Source: Hormiphora californensis (lineage: Eukaryota; Animalia; Ctenophora). From it: a stretch of 64,000 nt of DNA. Below the pieces are notes generated by a model. The model was not told the origin of the DNA and searched no databases. It saw only the letters and a program-made list of their open reading frames with translations. The DNA is taken from assembly GCA_020137815.1 (NCBI GenBank), contig CM035352.1:9114001-9178000 (forward strand), in the 5' to 3' direction. Shown here piece by piece: positions 48,894 to 64,000 of this stretch. Position 1 is the first letter of the stretch; every line of letters begins with the position of its first letter. The position numbers and the translations under genes were made by a program.

Positions 48894-49507
48894 CACGGTG
48901 CCCCTTAAGGACGTTCCACCTCGACCGAGTCCCCCAGCAAAACGAACGGTTGTGTGACCTAAAGGGGACCTCTGGGAACTACGCAGGACCGTGGGGGAAA
49001 AGATATGAAAGTAGCCAAAGGAGAAAATCGCATTTTAGGGCAAAAAAAACCCAAAAAACGTCATTTTAACAATGTTGCCGTGGATTTAGAGTTCCAATTC
49101 CAGCGGCAATCGATTCGGCGTGTCAAAAAACCCTGGGGTGACTTGATTTTGGTCGAAAAAAAAAAAGATTTGAGATTGGAAAATTTGGAATGTAGTGGGA
49201 GAAAAATGACCAAACTCTACATTCCACATTTTCCAATCTATTTTTTTTCGACCAAAATCAAGTCACCCCAGGGTTTTTTGACACGCCGAATCGATTGCCG
49301 CTGGAATTGGAACTCTAAATCCACGGCAACATTGTTAAAATGGCGTTTTTTGCGTTTTTTGCCCTAAATGCGATTTTCTCCTTTGGCTACTTTTATATCT
49401 TTTCCCCCACGGTCCTGCGTAGTTCCCAGAGGTCCCCTTTAGGTCACACAACCGTTCGTTTTGCTGTGGGACTCGGTCGAGGTGGAACGTCGTTAAGGGG
49501 CACCGTG
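48894..49507. mobile_element. CAC-terminated palindromic MITE (Chapaev/CMC-like)
   Basis: Ends CACGGTGCCCCTTAA...TTAAGGGGCACCGTG, ~260-bp arms, 4-bp TSD AAGG. Confidence 0.85.
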
Positions 49508-49682
49508 AAGGGCGGGGATGGGGGATGATGGGATGAGAGGTGTAGTGAGGAGACGAAAAGAAAACTCATGGAATTCGATATAAAAATATTATCAAATAGG
49601 GTATGGAGAGAGAGCGATAAATATCTATACACACAGACACAACACAGACCCCGTACAGGGTTGCACCAAAAAAACGTCCCCT

Positions 49683-51308
49683 CTATTCGTCTCCCTCACC
49701 AGGGGACCTGACATCATCAATCTTCAGAATCATCCTAACCAGCTGCGTAGCGAGCATTATCTGCTGTTTCTTACCGATCAAGGTCTCGATCACATGCTGA
49801 ACCTTCATATCACTCTCTCCCTTGTCCATACAGTCGATACCTAGTCGGGGGTTGTTCTCCTTGATCTGTCGAGACTTCACCTCTGCGAGCGTTGCGAAGG
49901 GAGAGAGACCTGAGTTCTCTGCGAGCGCCATTGGGACACTCTCTAGAGCATCAGCGAATGCCCTCATAGCGTACTGCTCAATGCTGCTGTTCTTTTCTCC
50001 GCAGCCTCTGTAACAGCGATAGCAGCAGAGATCTCGTTACTGCCTCCACCATACACAATCCTATTATCTCGCACCAGGTTCCTGATAACACACATGGCGT
50101 CCCAGATACTCCTCTTGGCCTCTTGGACAATCATCATATTGGATCCTCGCAGGAAGAGAGTTACTGCTCGGGAGTTGTGACATTCCTCAATCACTAACAT
50201 CCTGTCTTTAGTGGTACCGAACCCAATCTCTCTAACAGACCCAGCAAAACCAAGTTTATCACTGCTTAGTTCGCTAAACCGGGGGACGATCCTTCCTCCA
50301 GTGGCAATGGCAATCAACTCAATCTCAGGTCCACCGACCCATCGTACAGCGGGGAGGTCGTTCTGGAGACACAAGTGGTTCGCTTCATCATCAAATCCCC
50401 ACTGGCAGATAGCCAGAGTTGCTCCACTATCCTTCACCTGTTTGATCATCTCACAGAACTTCTCTTGCTCGAACTTGTAGAGGGAGTTGTAATCTTCAAC
50501 TGATCCAACATTCAGGTTGTGCTTGGTCTTGGGCTTGGGGGGCTCGAAGGGGCAGGTAAGGATGGCTAGTTTCACATCCTTCATCTCTTTAGGCATCTGA
50601 GAGTGAGACATGGTTTTGTCAACAATAACTCCCTTTACCAGCTGTGAATCCTCAAGGGCTCCACCAGTTTTACACTCGATCTTGATGAGATCGAAGGAGA
50701 CATCCTTCCTCTCGAGATCTGCTACTGACAGGATAGCATCTACAGCCATTTCAGCAAACTTCCTTCCACACCTATTAACAATCTTGGATCCAAGGGTTGT
50801 CAGGGCTACTTTAATAAGGGGCTCTCTGTCTAGGTTCTCTAACCGGGAAGGCGTCAGCGATGGCATCAAGATGATCCACAGCTACCCTGGCAGCCTTCTC
50901 ATACCCATCACTTATCCTAATTGGGTGGATACCTCTCTCCAGCAACTGTTCAGCTTGTTCCAGCAGGGCCCCAGCAAGGACAACTACCCCGGTAGTACCA
51001 TCTCCAATCTCCTCATCTTGACTCTTGGACAGCTGCACCATTAGCTTAGCTATCTGGTGGTCTACATCCATCTTTTGGAGAATGGTAGCGCCATCATTAG
51101 TGACTGTGATCTCTCCATCGGGAGATACTAGGATCTTGTCCAGACCCTTGGGGCCAAGGGAAGACCTGAGGCACTGGGCCACCGATCTGGCAGCGAGGAT
51201 GTGGGATTTCTGGGCCTCTAGTCCTGACATCCTGGATTTGGTGGACTGATCCTTGAGGATAATGAATGGCTGACCATACTCATCGAATGCGATTTGTCCT
51301 CCCTGCAT
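49683..51308 (-). CDS. CCT5: T-complex protein 1 subunit epsilon; intronless CDS with two apparent frameshifts (~50841 and ~49995)
   Basis: [58 protein letters not shown] and ILKIDDVR spread over three overlapping frames. Confidence 0.93.
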
Positions 51309-51716
51309 GGTTGGTCCTTGCTACAAAATATGAGACACGGGTTAGAGGATTAGCGTATAGTAGGGTTGGGGAGACGGGTTAGAGGATAGGGAGATGGAAA
51401 AGAAGGTGGGATTTAGTAGGGTCGGGTTAGAGGATATGGAGATGGAAAGAAGGTGGGATCTAGTAGGGTCGGGGAAATCATAGGAAAGAAGGAGTGGGAG
51501 ATACAAGGGGGACGGGGCAGGGAGATATGGGGAGGGAGGGAGAGGTGAAGAACACAGAACACAGAGGGAGGGGGAGGGATGGGTGGAGAACAGAAACAAC
51601 AAATCAGCTAACCTGAGCTATCTTTTACAAAATAAAAATTAAATATGGGCAGCTCAGATATAGTATAGTACAAATAGAAAAAAGGAACAGTCCATAGCAA
51701 GGAGGATTGGAGATCT

Positions 51717-54700
51717 CTATTCGTCATCGGGATCTGCCTTTCCTTGCCTTGGTTTGGGTCCACCAGCCTGCTTAGCCATGATGATCTGAACAATGGGATA
51801 GAGTTAGTTAGTTTCACAGTAGAGAAATACTAGGGGAGGGGGGAGATAACAGAGTTAGTGGGGGGCCGGGGGTTTCAAACTGAGTAAAATAGATAACTGT
51901 GTGACAGCTTCTCTCACCTGATCTACGACAAGGACTGTGTTAGCAGCGTTAACTGCAAACTTGATACCCCAATGTTTGGTTAGGAAGGGGTCCAGCACTT
52001 TCCTCTCCATACAGTCCATTACTTCAGGGGTATCGGCCTGTGTGTGGGGGTTGGACTGGGGTTGAGGGTTAGTTCGGGTTACATGCAGTTGAATCATCAG
52101 ACATTCTAAACACAATACGTCAATACACATGCAAGTCAGCAGTGGAAACGAGACACATTGACACATGATGCAGTATAATATCAGTTGATATATATCTAGC
52201 AGATACTACACGTGTTTTGCTTTCACTTCAGCAGACAGCTGGTTTTGAATTTACCGCGCCTCTAAATTCACTGTGGTAAATCACTACCTAACACACTACA
52301 CAGTAGTAAATCACTACCTAACACACTACCTAACACACTACACAGTGGTAAATCACTACCTAACACACTACCTAACACAAGTTACAACTACACAGTGTCA
52401 CTATAATTTACCTCAAGGTTCAGCCCGTAGTTGATATCCTCGGGTCCCTGGTGAGCGTTGTACATTTTAGCGAGGACCTCATTGGCCTTCAGACCAGTAT
52501 TCTCTGCCAGAACCTTGGGGAATACCTCGAAGGCCTCTGCGAATTTCTTGATGGCATACTGTTCCATTCCAGCTGTCTGAGGAAGAGAGTGTGTTACCAT
52601 GGTTACTGTGTGTCAGATGTAACATACAGAGGAAGAGTGTGTGTTACTATGGTTATTGTGTGAGAACTATTGAAATTTAGAACTGTAGAAGTGTATATTA
52701 GAGTGATTCATAATGATTGACACTTGGGTATCTCACTAAGAAAAACTTGTCAGATTGAGCTGCGGCTAGTTTTATCCGATCAGGGAGACGAAATAGAATC
52801 GATTGGCATATTAATTATCTGATTTTACGGTCAATAGCATTTTTTGTGCCATATTTTGCAAAGTTGGGTCTGATAAGCGTCTCATATTCAGTTTTTGGGC
52901 TCCTACGGTCAGAGAATCATTTGAAATTGCATGAAAACTTCACTAAACGATAGCATTGATGTCATATAATCACAAAACATGTGTTTTGAAGCCAGTTGGG
53001 AGCTAAATTTTTCGTAGGGTACCAAAACATTCAGAGTTTTTGTTATTCTCTCTGTGGCTGGACAAATGAATCAGACGGGTATAATGACGCTACCAGTTTC
53101 GAGGATCTACCTCTTCATCGGGCTCAAATTAATTTGTTTAAAGTAGTGTTGAAAAGTTTGAAACTTTTCAACACTACTTTAAACAAATTAATTTGAGCCC
53201 GATGAAGAGGTAGATCCTCGAAACTGGTAGCGTCATTATACCCGTCTGATTCATTTGTCCAGCCACAGAGAGAATAACAAAAACTCTGAATATCAAACAT
53301 GAGGCTAATAAACAGTTATCCGATCACCCAACTGTCTACTATGGTACCAAAACACTCGTAAAAATAAGAAAATTTTGATCTGAAAAACAGCCATTTTGGA
53401 GATCAGTTTTAAAAAACCGTACCTTGTAAAGATAACGAATGATAACATCAATATTATTATTGATACACCTTAGCAATGGTTCGATCTAAGTTTTCTAGTG
53501 CTTGAAATGTTAATTTATGAATATTTGGTCTGGCAAGCGCTGCCGGAAGTAAAAAAACGGAAAAATAACGCCATTTCTTTAAACCCTTGCCAGAGCCGAA
53601 TTTTAAATTTTTATTGTTCTACTTTGGGCTCATTCTAAAGCTAACACTATGGTCTAAAACATTGATGCGGTGCCATATCAGTAAACACTAAGATTTGAAC
53701 GTCAGAACTTGAAATGTGGCACCCCATTTTCTGAGGTGAGATTGTAACTTCGACAAAACTTGCTATTTCTGGTGTCAAGGTAGCAATATATCTTCAACTG
53801 GAATATAAAAACTGTTTTCCAATCGCAAAATGTCCATACTAAACGGTAGAGCATGTTTTATTTGGCCCTGACTCGTAATTCGGAGGATAATAGCCAAGTG
53901 TCAATCATTATGAATCACTCTAATAGAACTGCTAAATGTACCTGTTCACCATACTGCATCAGTTGTTTTGCCAGCTCGATCTCAGTAGCACAGGCACCAG
54001 GTAGGCACCTCTGATCTCGGGTAACAATCTTAACACTGTTCACACCATCATCAATAGCCCGCTCTATATCATCCATGATGTTGTCAGTGGAACCTCGGAT
54101 CACAATCGTGGACATGGCTGTCTCATCTCGCTCTATGAGGGGGGGGGGTAGTTAGTGAGTGTTCTAGAGACGGGGGATTCAGTGTGGTTCTAGTGTGGAG
54201 AGAGAGATCGACAGTTTGATATTCTATGCAACTAGCAATAAGCAAGCATGCTTGTTACCATGGTTACCATGCAGAGTTACACACGTTACCATGGTTACCA
54301 TGCACAGTTACACACACGCACCTTGTCTGAAGACTACAACGGTCGTATCACCAACTTCATCCAACTCCACCTGACTACAGAACCCAATCTCCTCAGGAGT
54401 AGGGACCACCAAGTTGGGCTGGGCAGTGGCACCAATACTTTTACACACCCTCCTGAGATCCCATTTTGACATGAGTCGCACCACCATGATATTGAACTTG
54501 TTAGCGAAATGTAGAACCATATCCCCGACCTTTCCACCACTGACCACACAGTTGATCCCAGCATCAGCCAAATCCTTGATCTGATTCTCGACCAACTTCT
54601 CCTCATCAACACTAAAGTTCTTCAACTCCTCCGCGTTCTTGATCAAGATCGTTCCCTTGGTTTCAGTGGTTCCAATGTCAAATGGACAGGAGAAAACTGC

Positions 54701-55821
54701 GATCTTGGCATCCTTGATACTGGTAATGTCACTCTCGACATTTCGTCGGAATACCATCCCTCGGAAACAGGTTGAAGAGAGAACTCCAGCTCCGAGGATC
54801 TTGCAAGTTCGGACAGCATCAACACTGAATGTCCTCTGAACAGGCATCACCTTCACTGCGAGAGAGGGAGGTGTGGGGTTAGAGAGAGGGAGTGAGAGAG
54901 GGGTGTAATATCGATGTTAGAACCCACTTAAATAAAAAAGGAACACGTGTGCGGGTGTATAAATGTGTTAGAACATCCACTCTATACCAACTCACTGCAT
55001 GCATCAGTAATGAGGCCAGCCAGGAAATCCTCATACCCATCCTGTTTACTACACACGCTAGTTTTAACAACAGGGGCTACCTCATCTGGGCACTTGACAT
55101 CTTTAACTGTGTAACAAACCAGTGATTCGAGGATCTCTAGACACTTCTCTGAGGCCATTTCGTAACCTCGGATAACTTCACTGGGAGAGAGTCCACTCTC
55201 TAGCAGATCCATGGCCTTCTCAAGGAGGGCACCTGCAGTGGGGGATAGAGATGTAAGTTGGGTTAGAAAGTTTAGGAGAGGAAGGAACAACTTTTATAGA
55301 GACTTGTCCACTTTAGAACAGCAATACGAATGGTTCAAGGAACAACCAGTTCTACATTTTGGGGACAACTATAGAACAGTTTGCTGTTTAGCTGCCATCC
55401 TATTTAACCTACCAGCGAGGATCATGACAAAGTTCGTTCCATCACCACACTCAGCCTCCTGCTGCTGAGAGGCCATTACAATCATTTTAGCAGCCGGATG
55501 TTGGACCTCCAGCTCCTTAATAATAGTAGCAGCGTCGTTAGTGACAAACAACTTGCTGAGATGGTTGATGACCATTTTATTGAGCCCCTTAGGTCCGTAG
55601 CATGTCTTGATGGTCTTGTATAGCTCTGTGCACGCCTCCAAGTTGGAAAACACTGCCTCGTGCATACCAGACAGATGCTGAAACAGAGGGCAGGAAGTTA
55701 TAGAGAGAGGGTTCGTGTGCATGTGTGCTGTGAGTTAGAGAGGGTGTAATCGGAGAGAACCTACCTTTGTTCCATCCTTCATCATGTTCTGGAAATACGA
55801 CTTGGGTACGTGCATAGCCAT
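51717..55821 (-). CDS. CCT8: T-complex protein 1 subunit theta
   Basis: Exons 55765-55821, 55413-55677, 54996-55232, 54322-54855, 53942-54132, 52412-52576, 51918-52037, 51717-51785. Motifs MAMHVPK, GDGTNFV, SKWDLRR, DDIERAIDDGVN, DQIIMAKQAGGPKP. Confidence 0.96.
53030..53342. mobile_element. Inverted Penelope-like pLTR insert with 12-bp TSD
   Basis: Near-perfect ~130-bp-arm palindrome 53029-53291 plus a ~50-bp tail. GGTACCAAAACA at 53018-53029 and 53343-53354. Hammerhead motif in each arm. Confidence 0.75.
53194..53235 (+). ncRNA. Minimal hammerhead ribozyme-like motif (mirror copy at 53085-53126, minus)
   Basis: TGAGC-CCGATGA-A-GAGG tagat CCTC-GAAAC-TG-GTA^GCGTCA; U4C core variant. Confidence 0.6.
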
Positions 55822-56621
55822 GATTGCAACGACCTTTGGCTCTAGTAATAATAATTAGTGTTTAGGGAAATGTTGGAATATTAGGTGAAATTGGAGTTTC
55901 AAAATACCCAATGAATGAGCTGCTAGCTATTATATACAGGGAGAGCCCGAAGTAGCTTTTGCCTTCAATTGGGGTATCTTATGGAAATTAGGCTGTTTTC
56001 AAGCGGCAGTTGTCCGTTAGAAATAGGCAGGGAAGCACACAACTATTTAACTATTTGACTGATGCTGCAGCCTCTTATATTTCTGATAGTGCGTGTTACG
56101 TGTACATACTACCACGTTTCTAAAGAACGACTCTGCAGTCCATTGTATCGGGTGGCCATCAAAAACTCCTGGGACTGGGCCGAGTTTATATTTTGTAAAT
56201 CAAAATAATCAAAAGGAACACGTTTTCGGATGTACAATGGATAAAGTATAAATAACACAACCCACTAGCGACATCAGGGGTGAAACGGTACAATGAATAA
56301 AGTGGGACTTGGGAGGAGAGCGAGTTTTGAATTTTGTCTTTTGGAAAAAAATTTCCGGAGTGAAATTTTCATTTTAAATTTCGCGAAGAACATAAAGTGC
56401 GCGGCGCGGCGGGCGCGCGATACAAATGTGCGCGGCGTAAAAAAGCCGTTTTATTATGAAAACTTCGCGTCCTACTGTTCCGGTCCGCCCTAAATTTCTA
56501 GATCCACTGAATTAAAGTAAGACGGTCCCCACCTGGGTTCCAGTATGTGCCATCCCATACCTGACACTGACGTCTGACATTGCCAGACATCATGTCAAAC
56601 ATCGCATGGCATGGGCGGGCA

Positions 56622-56856
56622 ATCACTTCGACTTTTTCAGTCACACTGACACTGTCAGTGACAGGAAGAACTCAACATGATCTTCCTGACCAATTTTAAA
56701 TTAAAATTGGAGGCCAGGAAGATCTTGACATGTTTCTCTGTCAGCCGAAGGCGCTGTCCGAGGCGCTTAAAGTGCCGATAAGACAGACTGTGTAGCATGG
56801 CAAGGAAGATCATGTTGAGTTCAGTGACACTGCCACTGACTGAAAAAGTCAAGTTC
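56622..56856. mobile_element. Degenerate inverted-repeat element
   Basis: Arms gactttttcagtca...aactcaacatgatcttcct / aggaagatcatgttgagtt...tgactgaaaaagtc. Confidence 0.5.
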
Positions 56857-57651
56857 CACATCACAACCAGGGCCAGGTGGAGCTATGTGGGACAAACCGA
56901 AAATGGGCCTGCCGGGGGTCTTTTTATCTTTTATTTTAGGATTTACTTTGATTTCAAACATAAAAAAACACAGAAATTTCTGTCAAATTCAGCATACATG
57001 CATGATGCAATGGTTACCATGGTAATTATTATTTACAATCACAAATCCTCTCTTCATATTCTCATCCTGATATTTAACGAAGCTGGTATATCACACTCTC
57101 TCTCTCTCTCTCTCTCTACTAGACATTGTAGATGTTCATGATTGATGGTTTAACTAGTTAAACTACAATCATGAACAGTCATAACCATGTGGCCCTCGTA
57201 GTCTCTTAATATTACTGTCTCAACTCAAATAAAACCGATTGCGATTACATAATGCTAGCACCACCACCAACTACTAGTAATAACAAGTCAAAGTAGTAAG
57301 AATCAATTGAACTAGCTCTCTCTTCAGCTCAATTTTCTCAGTTTTTAGTAACATTGTGTGAATTACACAATGTTACTAGAAACTGTAATATCAATAAAAC
57401 AACCTGAAAATATAATATACCAATAATTGTTAAAACAATAACTTAGCACCGAGATATCTCTCTCCATTACATATATTGTCACCCTCTATTGACCCTGATC
57501 TCTGTAGTAGTCCCTCATTTGATCAACTCTCTCCTCTCACTTCCTCGAACAGTTTAATAATCTATTTGGCCTGTCAATCTTCCTATCACCCCCTTTACTT
57601 TTAGTATAATACCCCTAGAGATATACTGACAGTGACAGTATCACAGTGATC

Positions 57652-59690
57652 TATATGAGGCATAAACTCTGGCCACTGGCGCGTTATTTCAGATAACTTT
57701 CTCCCAGCGCGCCGCTGGGAGAAGTTAGCTGGAGTTTATCCGCCGCTGGCGGATAAACTGGTTTAAATCACGACGACGATCCCGAGGCGGAGCCGAGGGA
57801 GAGGCGGAGGGGTTTAAACCTATAACGTGCCAGTGGTCAGAGTTTATGGGTTATATACCCTGCTTTAGTTGTTTATTTCAAGTATTACACACCAACAAGA
57901 GAGAGAACACTAATCAAAACACACAAAGAGAACTGAGAAATAGTTAAAAACACCTCACAATTGAGTGTACACTGTTTGGTAACAGTTACTAAGCAGTTGC
58001 TAAGGAAAGAGAGTGAAAGAAATAGCCTGATAAGGGGCATGTCACACATAACACAGAGAAAGAGATAGTGAGACAAAAGGGGAGATAAAGAGAGAGTAAT
58101 TGACGGAATGTGTCCTTTCTTTCTCTCCAATGTAGTGTGTAAGTGTTGCACATAGTGTTCCCTCTGTATTTTAGTAAGAACTGATCATTTACACACACTT
58201 TGAATGTTACGTAGGAGTTAAAAATAAATAACCTGCCAGTGGGAAATAATCTGCCGCTGGACTGGCTGTTTACTGAGAGCGCGCTAGTGGGACTTCTCGC
58301 CACTGGCGCATTATTTAAGTTAGCAGGGTATATATGAGGCATAAACTCTGGCCACTGGCGCGTTATTTCAGATAACTTTCTCCCAGCGCGCCGCTGGGAG
58401 AAGTTAGCTGGAGTTTATCCGCCGCTGGCGGATAAACTGGTTTAAATCACGACGACGATCCCGAGGCGGAGCCGAGGGAGAGGCGGAGGGGTTTAAACCT
58501 ATAACGTGCCAGTGGTCAGAGTTTATGGGTTATATACCCTGCTTTAGTTGTTTATTTCAAGTATTACACACCAACAAGAGAGAGAACACTAATCAAAACA
58601 CACAAAGAGAACTGAGAAATAGTTAAAAACACCTCACAATTGAGTGTACACTGTTTGGTAACAGTTACTAAGCAGTTGCTAAGGAAAGAGAGTGAAAGAA
58701 ATAGCCTGATAAGGGGCATGTCACACATAACACAGAGAAAGAGATAGTGAGACAAAAGGGGAGATAAAGAGAGAGTAATTGACGGAATGTGTCCTTTCTT
58801 TCTCTCCAATGTAGTGTGTAAGTGTTGCACATAGTGTTCCCTCTGTATTTTAGTAAGAACTGATCATTTACACACACTTTGAATGTTACGTAGGAGTTAA
58901 AAATAAATAACCTGCCAGTGGGAAATAATCTGCCGCTGGACTGGCTGTTTACTGAGAGCGCGCTAGTGGGACTTCTCGCCACTGGCGCATTATTTAAGTT
59001 AGCAGGGTATATATGAGGCATAAACTCTGGCCACTGGCGCGTTATTTCAGATAACTTTCTCCCAGCGCGCCGCTGGGAGAAGTTAGCTGGAGTTTATCCG
59101 CCGCTGGCGGATAAACTGGTTTAAATCACGACGACGATCCCGAGGCGGAGCCGAGGGAGAGGCGGAGGGGTTTAAACCTATAACGTGCCAGTGGTCAGAG
59201 TTTATGGGTTATATACCCTGCTTTAGTTGTTTATTTCAAGTATTACACACCAACAAGAGAGAGAACACTAATCAAAACACACAAAGAGAACTGAGAAATA
59301 GTTAAAAACACCTCACAATTGAGTGTACACTGTTTGGTAACAGTTACTAAGCAGTTGCTAAGGAAAGAGAGTGAAAGAAATAGCCTGATAAGGGGCATGT
59401 CACACATAACACAGAGAAAGAGATAGTGAGACAAAAGGGGAGATAAAGAGAGAGTAATTGACGGAATGTGTCCTTTCTTTCTCTCCAATGTAGTGTGTAA
59501 GTGTTGCACATAGTGTTCCCTCTGTATTTTAGTAAGAACTGATCATTTACACACACTTTGAATGTTACGTAGGAGTTAAAAATAAATAACCTGCCAGTGG
59601 GAAATAATCTGCCGCTGGACTGGCTGTTTACTGAGAGCGCGCTAGTGGGACTTCTCGCCACTGGCGCATTATTTAAGTTAGCAGGGTATA
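57652..59690. repeat. Three apparently identical head-to-tail copies of a 679-bp non-autonomous element
   Basis: Units start at 57652, 58331 and 59010 with TATA junctions. Internal IRs cataaactctggccactggc/gccagtggtcagagtttatg and tataccctgct/agcagggtata. Confidence 0.95.
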
Positions 59691-59883
59691 TATCTCTCTC
59701 ACGTCGGAAATGCGATCTGAAAAAGGGTTAATCAATAATGCGTGAACTTTGCTGTGGAGAATGACACACCGCAGGGGACACATCATTTCCATGACAAGTT
59801 GTCATTGACAACCCCACTAATTCAAAAGAGTGATATTAATAAATATCTTTATATTAAAAAGAGTGAATCCCCCCTATTATTAC

Positions 59884-61931
<2,048 letters not shown>

Positions 61932-64000
61932 CTGCAGGAACAACATGGGATTACACATTGTGGTTACCATGGTTACACATTGTGACGGGGTTAGTGGTTA
62001 CCATGGTTACACATTGTGACGGGGTTAGAGGATACCATGGTTACACATTGTGACGGGGTTAGAGGATACCATGGTTACACATTGTGACGGGGTTACCATG
62101 GTTGTTACTTAGCCTAAAGTAAATTTATATGATATGAACAAGTATTTTCTGTATCTCTACTGTCAATGCGATGCCTGGCAGTATCTCTAAATAGTAAATT
62201 ACTAAGTAATGGTTGTTTCGTGGGTGTTCCTATGCAATGTGACCCAAATGTGACCCAAATGTGACAGATAAAGATGATACCTTCACAGTCCTACTGATCT
62301 TATTATTATCTTTATGAAATAACAATTTACTAGTCTTTAAATAGTCGGACACAGTAAAATAATCACAGAAATATCTACTCTTCTTCTCCCTCCAATCACC
62401 CAGCTCCCTTTGTACCAGTAAAAGTAGTAATTTTACTAACACAAAGAAACCCAATCAAGAGACAAGAACACCCCGGACCTTTCTTCTCCCCCCTCCCTCC
62501 CCAATCCCCCTTCTGTCTTCCAGAAAGAGATGTAGCGGTGGAATTCTAGCTCTCTCTCTCCACCCTTCCCTCAGACCTCTGTATCCCAGCAAGAGCGGTA
62601 GCAGTCCCCCTTCTCCCCCGGAACCCTCTCTCCCAGCAAGAGCGACATGTGACTGGGAAGAAAAGAGCACCCAGACCTCTCTCTCCCAAAAAGGGTTGGA
62701 CATATGACTGAGGGATTATTTGTTGTTATTGGACCACTAACTGTTAGATCTCTCAACCCACTGTCATGTCGAGATCCTGTCCTTGAGGAGGGACGAGGCA
62801 CTTAGCGGCCCGTTACTGATAGTTTAATACTTAAAAAAGGGGAGGAGAGAGAAGAGAGAGAGAAGAGAGAAGAGAGGAAGCGAGAGGAGAAAAGAAAGAA
62901 GAGGAGAGAAGGAGAGAGAGAGCGGGAAAAAGAAGAGAGAGAAGAGAGAGAGAGAAGAGAGAGAGAAAGTGCAGGACAACAAACGTATGCATCATGCAGT
63001 TTTGGGGGCATTTGCAGGGGATTTCAACTAACAGACTACCCACGCCCCCGCTCAGCTCCTTTCACTTCTAGTTTTGTATGGAAGATTTAACTACAGAATA
63101 CTTACTAGAATACTACTATAAATACTGTAACCGTACCAAAGTACCCCCCCCCCCAACTACTTTGAAAATACTTGGAAAGTAAGAGAAAGAAGAGGACCGG
63201 GGCGGAAGGATCCTGGACAAGTCAGACAATTTCTGATGGAAATTAAATCCTACCTATTTGACAACGTGTTTAATTTGACGAGGACTCAATTTATGATTTC
63301 AATACTCTGAATGTTCACAGTTTATATTTTTCTTTTCAACCATTTTCTCTCTCTCTTTCGTTTCTCGCTATCTCTTTCTCTCTCTATCCGCTGAATGAGA
63401 GGCTCTCCGTGTGCTCCGTCATTTTGTTTGTATTTTATTAGTAAACAAAACTTACATGCTTGAAGGGGGGCAAGAGCAAAACAGGTAAAAAAGCCCTGAC
63501 GGGTATCAATAAAGAGGTTTTTTGTCTCTCTCTGAAGACGTTACCATGTTCATGTGTTACTTGGTGGTGTTCTAAGGTTTTTACCCCATGCTTCCCCCCA
63601 GGGTTAATGGTTACCACATGGTTTATAACCATTGGTTATCCAGGGTTCCAAATGCATCTTTACCCCCCTAAGGGAAATTTTTCCCTCCTTCATAACTGGT
63701 TTTACCACTTCCGGGGCTGTTCAGTGCTGGTCCGAGTTGGATTGTCAAATTGGTAAAATACAGAAGGCTCAAACCTCCGTCCCCCACTGTGGGGGAATAA
63801 AAAGGGATTAAATTTTTTTTTAGTTAAAAATTTTAAAAAACAAAACTATTTTTTAGTTTCAAATTTTTTAGTTCGAATTTTTTTTTTTTCGAAGTTTTTT
63901 ATCAAACGGGAAACATGTTCTCCTTTTTTTTTGGGTTTGTTCCCGGTTTTGGGGATTGTTCGTTCCCAGTGCCCTTTTTATATTTTCCCCCGGGGCCAAA

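Larger units (their letters stand above)
52698..53923. mobile_element. TIR DNA element in a CCT8 intron (TA-flanked)
   Basis: TIR TTAGAGTGATTCATAATGATTGACACTTGG at both ends. Confidence 0.8.

Noticed and set aside
49964-50869. Programmed frameshifting in CCT5
   Set aside because: No canonical slippery heptamer or stimulatory structure is evident; sequencing error is more parsimonious.

Overview
Eukaryotic (animal) genomic DNA with GT-AG introns and dense transposon content. It is probably a cydippid ctenophore (Pleurobrachia/Hormiphora-like); this is inferred from a recalled 'QPIRTRYLGHVT' repeat and intron style, not proven. Bases 1-17 kb are a nested TE stack: a 12-bp-TSD inverted array of a 621-bp unit (699-13634) holds an 8-bp-TSD MITE and a young 9.4-kb ORF-less LTR element, followed by a MITE holding a Penelope fragment with a hammerhead ribozyme. 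Genes on + are a divergent Shaker-like Kv channel with a charge-depleted S4, a transgelin/calponin-like protein, and an intron-rich bacterial-type BCCT transporter with a PLAC8-like tail. Genes on - are a class-A GPCR, a FAM210-like protein, CCT5 (intronless, two frameshifts), CCT8, and exons of a poly-His protein. The most striking unexplained pattern is that about ten introns in three genes carry tandem 'echo' copies of the adjacent splice site, mostly with the exon edge and several as AG|GT units. In addition, one short repeat insertion in coding sequence appears to be an in-frame spliceable intron (introner-like). ORF1-only retroelements and hammerhead-bearing inverted Penelope-like inserts are also present. 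All exon coordinates were read by eye.
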